DNA of 64,000 bases, taken from the NCBI GenBank assembly GCA_965200965.1, contig OZ241744.1, positions 3,136,001-3,200,000 on the forward strand, read 5' to 3'. Each line of letters begins with the position of its first letter. Positions within the stretch are counted from its first letter, which is position 1. The stretch comes from an uncultured Candidatus Binatia bacterium (GTDB lineage: Bacteria > Desulfobacterota > Binatia > Bin18). Positions 56,922 through 64,000 of the stretch are shown here, piece after piece. The notes below the pieces were generated by a model. It searched no databases. It was not told where the DNA came from and saw nothing but the letters and a program-made list of their open reading frames with translations. A program made the position numbers and the translations under genes.

Positions 56922-57133
56922 ATGCGTATCAGCCTGCTTGCCGACACCCACCTGCCGAGCACGATCCGGGACCTGTGGGGCGAGGGCAGAGAGGTCTTTG
57001 CCGGGGTGGACCTGATGGAGCCCGAGGAATATCCGATTGTGTGCCTCAGAGAAGTCTATCCTGGCGGGCAGCCGGAACAAGGCAAAGCCCGGCACCTCGG
57101 CCCGTTGGGGATCGGTCGCACAGACGCCGACTT
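56922..57133 (+). pseudogene. Metallophosphoesterase remnant
   Basis: GGAG RBS then MRISLLADTHLP...VFAGVDL; expected HAGD and GN motifs absent. Confidence 0.55.
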
Positions 57134-57592
57134 TCACCGTGAAGGCGTGTGCGGCAGAGGCTCGGTGCCGGTCTGGCCGCCAAAGCGCGGCAAGCTGTCT
57201 CCGAGCGTGACCCACTCGGCCCGGTCCGAAACATAATAGTGCGCTTGTGGCTCACGGTCGATCGGGTCGTGCACGTTGGCCAGGACGATATCAATCACGT
57301 CCGGGTGGCGGCTGGAGATGCAGAACAGGGTGCTGCCGCAGGTCCGGCAGAACGAGCGGCGACCGTGGTCTGAGGAGTGGTAGACGGTCAGGGCTTGTTC
57401 GCCGGCCACAAAGCGGAACTGGGTGTCCTTGACCCCGATCCAGGTGACATAGCCGGCCCCGTGGCTCCGCCGGCACATGGAACAGTGGCAGTGGCCGCAG
57501 AAAAGGGTCGGCAGCGTGATTTCAAAGCGGACGGCCCCACAGAAACACCCGCCCCGGACCGGCCTCAACTCGCCGTTGGTTTCGCTCATCAT
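57134..57592 (-). CDS. GFA (CENP-V/glutathione-dependent formaldehyde-activating) family protein
   Basis: GGCFCGAVRF, CHCSMCRR, RSFCRTCGSTL. Confidence 0.92.
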   Translation of the reverse strand: MMSETNGELRPVRGGCFCGAVRFEITLPTLFCGHCHCSMCRRSHGAGYVTWIGVKDTQFRFVAGEQALTVYHSSDHGRRSFCRTCGSTLFCISSRHPDVIDIVLANVHDPIDREPQAHYYVSDRAEWVTLGDSLPRFGGQTGTEPLPHTPSR

Positions 57593-57855
57593 TTCCTCCC
57601 CACGCGATCGGCCATATACGCCGGCAGGCCGGTCGGGTATACACGCGGGAAATCTAGCAGCCGGGGAAGGGCCGCGAAAGAGGCGAGAGCGAGGCATATG
57701 GAGCAGGGACAGGTGAAGACGAAATCCCGGCCGACATCCTGGTCCTGGAGCGGGAGACCCAGCGGCTGCTGGGGGAGATTATCGGCACAAACGAAAAGTG
57801 AAAACCTGACCAGACTCTCGCCGCTTGACGGAAGGGCTGGGGACGGAGGGGAAAC

Positions 57856-58623
57856 ATGAGCGCAGACGGGCAGTGGCAGACGATCAATGAGGACGGGTTC
57901 CGGCTGTATCAGCAGGGGGCGTATGAGCAGGCCGAGCGGCACTTTCGTGAGGCGCTGGAGTTGGTTGAGGCTTTTGGGCCAAAGGATACGCGGGTGGCGA
58001 TGGTGCTCAATAACCTAGCCAACCTGTGCCATAACCAGGGCAAATTCCGGGAGGCCGAGCGGCACTATGAGCGGGCGCTGACTATCCGGCGGGAGCACTA
58101 CGGCCCGGATCATCCCTTTGTGGCCCAGAGCCTGAACAATCTGGCCTCGCTGTACCGCGAGCTGGGCAAACTTGACGAGGCCGAGGCCTTCTTGCGCAAG
58201 GTCCTGGCGATTGCCGAGGCCCTTGTCGGCCCTGACCACTGGCGGGTCACAAACTGCCTCAATAATCTGGCCGCGGTGTATATGGAGCAGACGCGCTATG
58301 ATGAGGCGTCGGCTCTGTTTGCGCGCTCGCTCAGCATCCGCACCCGCTTTTTTGGGCCTGAGCATCATTCGGTGGCAACGACCCTGTGCGGGCAGGCCGA
58401 AGTTGCGGTGGCCCGGGGCCGGGATGACGAGGCCACCCCGATTTTTCAGCGCGCCCTGGAGATCCGGCAGCAGAAGCTCGGTCCTGACCACCCCGCGGTG
58501 GCCCTGTTGCTGGAGAAGTATGCCCCGCTGCTGCGCCGGGCAGACCGGGTAGATGAGGCGCTCCGGCTGGAAGCCAGGGCGAAGGCAATCCGTGGCAGGC
58601 AGGCTGAGGCCAGCGGCGGGTGA
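57856..58623 (+). CDS. Tetratricopeptide repeat protein
   Basis: Repeated GPDHP.VA.SLNNLA 42-aa units. Confidence 0.9.
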   Translation: MSADGQWQTINEDGFRLYQQGAYEQAERHFREALELVEAFGPKDTRVAMVLNNLANLCHNQGKFREAERHYERALTIRREHYGPDHPFVAQSLNNLASLYRELGKLDEAEAFLRKVLAIAEALVGPDHWRVTNCLNNLAAVYMEQTRYDEASALFARSLSIRTRFFGPEHHSVATTLCGQAEVAVARGRDDEATPIFQRALEIRQQKLGPDHPAVALLLEKYAPLLRRADRVDEALRLEARAKAIRGRQAEASGG

Positions 58624-58628
58624 GGGGC

Positions 58629-59549
58629 CTAGAGTTGGGTCAGCAACTCAAGCGACGGGGCAAAGAAGTGTGCGCCTGAGACGGCCTGGGTGAAGTCCAT
58701 CAGGCGGTCGTGGTGGCCGTCGCCAGTAGCGCCGAGCATCCGGCGCAGCATTTGTTCTGGAATATCCAGGTTTCTGGTGTAGGCAATGAAGAACAGGCCG
58801 TGCTCGTTCAGGGTGCCGTAGGGAAAACTGTGGCGGACGATCTCCAGCTCCTCGCCGTTCTCCTCAATCACGACCCGGCTGATGTGGGCACTCGGCGGTT
58901 TGATGGTCTCGGGCAACTCTTTGCTGTCGGCCTTGCTGCGTCCGATGGCCGCTTCCTGTTCCGGCTCGGAGAGGGCGGCCCAGGTATTCAGTTTGTGGAC
59001 ATAGCGCTGGACAAAGACATAGCTCCCGCCGGCAAAGTCGGGGTCCTCGTCGCCGATCAGAGCGACCGCCGCCCGCTGTGCGTCTCCTGACGGGTTTTCG
59101 GTGCCGTCAATAAAGCCGGTCAGGTCGCGGGAGTCAAGGTAGCGAAAGCCGTGGACCTCGTCCAGGACTTTGACTCGGTCGCCCAGCCGCTTGGCCAGTT
59201 GCAGGAGCAGTTCAAAGTTCAGGTCGTGGCGCGTGGAGAGCATATGCAGGAGCACATCCCCGCCGGTGCTCGGCGCGGTTTTGCCGCGGGTGTCAAGAGC
59301 GGTGAAGGGCCGCAGCCCTGCCGGGCGTCTGGCCGGGGAGATGATATCCCAGAAGCCTGAGCCAAAACCGACCGTTCCCACCAGGGCCGCAGCCCGGTCG
59401 CTTGCGCCAAGGCTGCCAAGCAGGGTCGGGACGCCGGCCAGGATGTTGGCGACAGAGGGGCCGTCGTGGATCGGATCGCGGACGCGCAGAATCGCAAATA
59501 AGGCGTTGGGGCTGGGTTCGGGCACGATCCCGGACTGGGGAGTGGGCAT
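58629..59549 (-). CDS. Dyp-type peroxidase
   Basis: RDLTGFIDGTENP, GGSY, SAHI, RHSFPYG, FFAPS. Confidence 0.93.
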   Translation of the reverse strand: MPTPQSGIVPEPSPNALFAILRVRDPIHDGPSVANILAGVPTLLGSLGASDRAAALVGTVGFGSGFWDIISPARRPAGLRPFTALDTRGKTAPSTGGDVLLHMLSTRHDLNFELLLQLAKRLGDRVKVLDEVHGFRYLDSRDLTGFIDGTENPSGDAQRAAVALIGDEDPDFAGGSYVFVQRYVHKLNTWAALSEPEQEAAIGRSKADSKELPETIKPPSAHISRVVIEENGEELEIVRHSFPYGTLNEHGLFFIAYTRNLDIPEQMLRRMLGATGDGHHDRLMDFTQAVSGAHFFAPSLELLTQL

Positions 59550-59600
59550 GAATCTATGGAAAAGCGTTCGGGCTGGTATGTCAAGCCCTGTTTGAGCGGC

Positions 59601-60061
59601 TCATCTTTCGGCGGTGGCCGGCGGAAAAAAGCTGGCCCAGTCAACCAGGGATTGATAGACCGCGGCGACCTGGAGCAGCACATCTTCCCGGAAGTGCTGG
59701 GCGACCAGCATCAGGCCGACCGGCAGACCCTCGAATTTTCCGCACGGGATGCTGAGTGCCGGGTGGCCGGTCAGGGTGAAGGGAGCGGTGTTGTGGGCGG
59801 CCAGACCAAGGTCCATGCCCAGCACTTGCGGATAAAGACATTGAGCGGGTGTTCTGCCTCGGTCCGACGATCGCCGGGGTCCCGGTCGGTGACGGTGAGG
59901 GGCAGTTGCTCTTCCTCAATCGCAAAGCGTGAAAGGACTCAAAGCTGGCGATGTGCTGAGCCATACGGGACTGCATGCTGCGTGCCCTCGGCTTGGCTGA
60001 GGGCCAAGCCGAGGGCTCTGCCGTATTCGAGAACATCCTCAATGCTTGGCTGTGGCAACAT
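59601..60061 (-). pseudogene. Amidase remnant with large internal deletion and frameshifts
   Basis: N-terminal MLPQPSIEDV...HPLNVFIRKC joined directly to C-terminal NTAPFTLTGHPALSIPCG..GLPVGLMLV; catalytic core missing. Confidence 0.8.
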
Positions 60062-60120
60062 GCTCTGGCCTTCCTGTACCGAGGGTGCTTTGTAGCCTGC
60101 GCTTTGCGCTCCAAGCCTGG

Positions 60121-60471
60121 TCACGATGTCAGCTTCACCAGGGCGACGGTGAGGCTGACCGTCAGCCCTACAATGCCGGCGGCCATCGCCCACAGGTGGC
60201 GGTAGAGGCGCGTTTCCATTTCTGCCAAGTCAACCCTGACTGCGGCGACATCGGCCTTGAGTTCGGTCTTGACTTCGCCTAGCTCGGCCCTGACTGCGGC
60301 GACATCGGCCTTGAGTTCGGTCTTGACTTCGCCCAAGTCGGCCCTGGTGGCGATGTTCTCGCCAAAGGCATCGCCAATCGTGACAACGACGGCTTCAGCC
60401 AGGGGTTCATCGGCCCCGGCTTCCCGGAGCGCCTTGACGGCTTTATGCGTATCGAATACGAGACCGGCCAT
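60121..60471 (-). CDS. DUF1640/CCDC90-like coiled-coil + TM protein with a 54-bp tandem repeat
   Basis: FDTHKAVKALREAG, ATRADL, LGEVKTELKADVAAVR x2 (60234-60341), C-terminal TM. Confidence 0.82.
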   Translation of the reverse strand: MAGLVFDTHKAVKALREAGADEPLAEAVVVTIGDAFGENIATRADLGEVKTELKADVAAVRAELGEVKTELKADVAAVRVDLAEMETRLYRHLWAMAAGIVGLTVSLTVALVKLTS

Positions 60472-60618
60472 GCGTTCTGTCCTACTGCACGCCTGCCGAC
60501 TCGTCAAGGCTGAGTGCCAAATCCATGACTGCTTATCGGAGGAGCGAGGCTGTGCTAAGGTATACACATCAGAGCGTCCGCCGGCCGGCATGGTGGGTGG
60601 GCGGAAGGAGGGTGTCAT

Positions 60619-61146
60619 ATGACGCAGAAAGGCTTTTCGCATCTTGGCATGTCCACCTTGGACTTGGACAAAACCCGTGACTTTTACGAGAATATCCTGG
60701 GCTTTAAGCCGGTGCGCTGCGATACGATCAAGGTGAAGGAGGGCGGGCAGATCCGGCACATCTTTTTTGATACCGGCCGCGACCAGTTGTTGGCCTTTAT
60801 GGAGGCCCGCGATGTGCCGGGCGTACCCAGGGAATACGACGCCGGTATCAACCGGGGGCTGGGTGTGCCGAACGCCTTTTATCATTTTGCGTTTGAGGCC
60901 GGGACCGAGGCCGGTCTGGAGGCTAAGCGTCGGGAGTTGCTGGACAAGGGCGTGGCCGTGTCCGAGGTGGTTGATCACGACTGGGCCAAGTCGATCTATT
61001 TCAAAGACCCCAACGGCTTGCAACTGGAGTTCTGCTGTCTGACGCGGGATTTTGTTGACGACGATGCGGTCATGCAGGAGCGCTTTCACGCCTCGATCCG
61101 GGCGCTGGGTCTTGATGACACGAGCGAGCTTAAGGCGACCGACTGA
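60619..61146 (+). CDS. VOC/glyoxalase family protein
   Basis: FSHLG, FYENILG, YHFAF, SIYFKDPNGLQLE. Confidence 0.9.
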   Translation: MTQKGFSHLGMSTLDLDKTRDFYENILGFKPVRCDTIKVKEGGQIRHIFFDTGRDQLLAFMEARDVPGVPREYDAGINRGLGVPNAFYHFAFEAGTEAGLEAKRRELLDKGVAVSEVVDHDWAKSIYFKDPNGLQLEFCCLTRDFVDDDAVMQERFHASIRALGLDDTSELKATD

Positions 61147-61165
61147 GCCCGGCTGTTGGGGCTGC

Positions 61166-62605
61166 TCAGTCGGCGATCTTGTCCAGCAGACGGGCCACCA
61201 TCGCCTTGTACTGCTTGACCGCGGGCGAACGATAGAAGCGGGCGCGGGTGAAATTGGGGTCGCCGGCGTAAAACCATTCGTACTGGAGTTGGCGACTGCC
61301 GAACTGCTCGCCCAGCATGTCCCAGGCCAGCTTGAAGAGTTGAATGCGATCCCGGGCCGGCCGGTCCTTGCCGGCCAGGTATTGTTCAAGATAGGCCGCG
61401 ATGTCGGGATTCTGGAGGTCTTTTTCGGTCGGGGTCAGAATCAGGCCGCTGCCGCTGAGTTGCCGCAGGACTTCGGCCGCCCGCATATGGGCTTGGGGCA
61501 GAAACACCCACAGGCTGGCCGCCAGGGCGCGCAGTGAGGTCCCTTCCTGCCGGCCCCTGTCTACATCCTGGGCGGCTGCCCGCAGTAAGCCGCCGGCGAT
61601 TTCGACGTTGGCGACCAACTCGCCGAGTTGGGTCTGAACCTGCGGGGCCGCGGTCCGGCCTATGGCTTCAGCCACCGAACACGCCAAGCCGGCCATGAAC
61701 CGCAGCTTGACCGTGCCGCGGATCACCCCTTGGAGCAGGGCATAGCCGGGTGCGTGGCCAAGAATATAGTTTGCCGCCTCAATATCGCCATTGATAAAGA
61801 CTCGCTCCCACGGGACTTCCACGTCATCGAAAATCGCCAGTGCGTCTTCCTCGTCAAAGCGGGACGACAGCGGCCGGTCAAAAGCGCTGCGGCCGGCGCT
61901 GTACGATTCACGGCAGACAAATTTCAGGCCGGCGATATCCATCGGCACGGCAAAGCACAGGGCGTAGGCTTCTTCGCCCGGCTTGCGCGGATAAAACGGG
62001 CCGACCCACAGTTCATTGGAGAACGGGGCCAGGGTGGACAGCATGCGCGCCCCGCGGACAACCAAGCCCCGGTCGGTCTCCCGAACGCGGTGCAGGGCGG
62101 CTTCGGGGTCGGCCTGCTCGGCCGGGCCTTTTGAGCGGTCAATCTGGGGATCGACCAGGGTGTGGGTCAGGCACCAGTCCCGGTCCCGGCAGGCTTCGTA
62201 ATAGCGCAGGATATTGTCGCCAAACTGTGTGTTGCGCTGGCTGATAAACGTGTGGGCGACCGCCGCGTCTGTGACCAGGGCATTCATAAAGTCGGGCAGC
62301 CGGCCCATCAGCCCGAAGGTGGCCTCGGCCCGCAGTTCTTCGGCCCGGACACGACGGTCTACATCTGCGGCGGTGTCGGTAATCAGGAAGGACAGGCTGA
62401 CCGGCTGAGCGTCGGCGGGTGAGGGATAGGTGAGGAGGGGCTGATGTTGGGGGTCGTGCTGGAGGTCGTACAGCATGGCCAGGGTACTAATCGCGCCCTG
62501 AAACGGTGGATAGGCGGTCACATCTGTGAGCCGTTCGCCGTTGACGTAGATGCTGCGCTTGTCGCGCAGGCTTTGCCGGTACTCTGTACCGCTCCGAATC
62601 CCCAT
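61166..62605 (-). CDS. 4-hydroxyphenylacetate 3-hydroxylase-like (HpaB family) flavin monooxygenase
   Basis: GRLPDFMN, HTLVDPQIDR, GARMLST, PLSSRFDEED, FGSRQLQYEWFYAGDP. Confidence 0.88.
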   Translation of the reverse strand: MGIRSGTEYRQSLRDKRSIYVNGERLTDVTAYPPFQGAISTLAMLYDLQHDPQHQPLLTYPSPADAQPVSLSFLITDTAADVDRRVRAEELRAEATFGLMGRLPDFMNALVTDAAVAHTFISQRNTQFGDNILRYYEACRDRDWCLTHTLVDPQIDRSKGPAEQADPEAALHRVRETDRGLVVRGARMLSTLAPFSNELWVGPFYPRKPGEEAYALCFAVPMDIAGLKFVCRESYSAGRSAFDRPLSSRFDEEDALAIFDDVEVPWERVFINGDIEAANYILGHAPGYALLQGVIRGTVKLRFMAGLACSVAEAIGRTAAPQVQTQLGELVANVEIAGGLLRAAAQDVDRGRQEGTSLRALAASLWVFLPQAHMRAAEVLRQLSGSGLILTPTEKDLQNPDIAAYLEQYLAGKDRPARDRIQLFKLAWDMLGEQFGSRQLQYEWFYAGDPNFTRARFYRSPAVKQYKAMVARLLDKIAD

Positions 62606-62623
62606 CAGAATCCCTCCCTGCGT

Positions 62624-63118
62624 CTATTGCCGCATGGCCGCGATCACGTCGCGCACGCCTTTGTCCTGCTCGGCGTAGTCGAGCTTTTCCACGCCCAGAT
62701 AGGCGTTGGGGTAGCGCACATATTCGGCTGGGTCGTTATCACAGTAGACTTCGAGTTCGTAGCCGTCCGGGTCTTCAAAGTAGACGCTTTTGGTGATGCC
62801 GTGGTTGACCGTAAAGTGAACCGGCACGCCTTTGTCCTTGAGTTCTTCGTAGGCGGCCTTGAGCGCTTCCTGACTGCTGAGGCGAAAGGCGAGGTGGGCC
62901 AGCCCGACCGCCTTGGGGTTCGGGGCTTCGGCTGTAGAGCCGATTTCAAACAGGGCCAACTCGTGGTGGTCGCGGCCGTGGTTGGCCAGAAAGACGGCCC
63001 GAATCTCGGGCACATCCTTCATGACCTGCATGCCCAGGACTTCGGTGTAGAACTTGCGCGAGCGGTCTAAGTCACGGACCTTGATAACGGCGTGGCCAAT
63101 ACGTTCGGGGCGAATCAT
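62624..63118 (-). CDS. VOC family protein (ring-cleavage dioxygenase-like)
   Basis: IGHAVIKVRDL, HHELAL, GLAHLAF, SVYFEDPDG.ELE. Confidence 0.88.
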   Translation of the reverse strand: MIRPERIGHAVIKVRDLDRSRKFYTEVLGMQVMKDVPEIRAVFLANHGRDHHELALFEIGSTAEAPNPKAVGLAHLAFRLSSQEALKAAYEELKDKGVPVHFTVNHGITKSVYFEDPDGYELEVYCDNDPAEYVRYPNAYLGVEKLDYAEQDKGVRDVIAAMRQ

Positions 63119-63334
63119 GGGGACCTCCTTTCATAGGGCGTGGAACTTCGGTCTGCGTACTCTTAGGCGTTTTTCTCGATTTTCTCCACAGGGCGTCCCT
63201 TGTCATGCTCCGGGGTGGAGCGGGCGATGTCATAGCCAGCGACAACCGCCGGCTGGCCGAACAGTTCCACCGCGGGGGCGACTTCGGCCAGCGACAGGTC
63301 AGCGGCGAGGCGTAATGGTAGCTTTGTATGCGCC

Positions 63335-63665
63335 TTAGGTCGGAGAAGCTTGCTTTAATTGTTCTACTAGGGCGGAAAATGTGTCCTTAAAGTCTTCAAA
63401 GTACTTCTCGACAACAAAATAATATCGTTGTTCTGTGTCATCGTAACCGGTTGGCGGTGCCAGACTAGAACCTTGCAGCATTGCGATAGTACAGGTTTTC
63501 CTGACGTAATACTCATGGGCCAAGCCGCAACGAAAAATTTTCAGGAATACCGGCTTTTTCGATCAACACTATTCCTTCTGGCCTCTCGCTGGCTTTCGCC
63601 AAGGCGATTTCTCGTTCTATGTCCCGGCTTCGATGTTGGTTGTGGTGGGATTCATATCGCGTCAT
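63335..63665 (-). pseudogene. Possible frameshifted low-GC hypothetical gene
   Basis: GGAG RBS and ATG at 63665, stop after ~50 codons just past an A/T run; overlapping frame continues to 63335. Confidence 0.3.
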
Positions 63666-63728
63666 ACTCCTCTCAGGGCCGTGCGAGACAGTTGGTGAGA
63701 GTCCTCTTCAGGGAATGTACCACACCCC

Positions 63729-63944
63729 CTAAGTGGAGAAGGACTTGAGCAGCAGGGAGATGACGCCGGCGACAATCGCGCCGGTCATCCACTTTACGAC
63801 CGACAGCTCCCGCTCAAGTCGCACAATATCGGCCTTGGTCGCCAGACTTTCTTCTGACATGGCTTGGGCGGCCGCGCGCGCTTTTTCTTCCGGCGCACCA
63901 GCCGCCATCAGCGCGTCATACAGTTCAGTCACCATCGTACTCAT
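63729..63944 (-). CDS. Small DUF1640-like coiled-coil + TM protein
   Basis: ELYDALMAAGAPEEKARAAA, LATKADI, VVKWMTG + TM. Confidence 0.78.
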   Translation of the reverse strand: MSTMVTELYDALMAAGAPEEKARAAAQAMSEESLATKADIVRLERELSVVKWMTGAIVAGVISLLLKSFST

Positions 63945-64000
63945 GGCGCGAATATACGATCTCACCCGGCAATGGGCAAGGAGGGCAGGCGAATCCAGCC

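Noticed and set aside
57600-57855. Small ORFs between the GFA and TPR genes
   Set aside because: No recognisable motifs; more likely a divergent promoter region or unassignable remnant
58629-59549. Encapsulin cargo system
   Set aside because: The Dyp ends right after FFAPS..L with no targeting tail, and no encapsulin gene is adjacent
60472-61389. 422-aa ORF extension upstream of the DUF1640-like gene
   Set aside because: It is the antisense shadow of the VOC gene; only the last 116 aa look real

Overview
A GC-rich bacterial chromosomal window with mostly catabolic and redox genes: a Mo-hydroxylase trio, two LLM/F420-type oxidoreductases, acyl-CoA dehydrogenases, a thiolase, an amidohydrolase, a Rieske/P450/PQQ-dehydrogenase cluster, a Dyp peroxidase, an HpaB-like monooxygenase and VOC proteins. 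It also holds lysA, uppP, T2SS minor pseudopilins (gspHIJK) and tRNA-Leu(CAA). The left end has a 5'-truncated exonuclease-RecQ-UvrD fusion, then a co-directional minus-strand block: nitrile hydratase alpha/accessory fusion, circularly permuted ATP-grasp, alpha-E, RsbW, STAS, REC-PP2C, periplasmic binding protein and histidine kinase. There are two defence regions. One is a decayed type II R-M locus with a direct-repeat-bounded insert (20.7-23.1 kb). The other is a tRNA-adjacent island (41.1-51.4 kb) with HigBA, type III mod and res separated by a stack of small cassettes, and a HicB remnant. The most striking signal is a family of 51-bp palindromic elements (16-bp arm, 19-nt conserved spacer, 16-bp arm, with compensatory changes). 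It occurs four times, twice as in-frame 17-codon inserts inside mod and res. Many genes are broken by internal deletions. All family assignments come from motif recognition by eye; no database searches were run.
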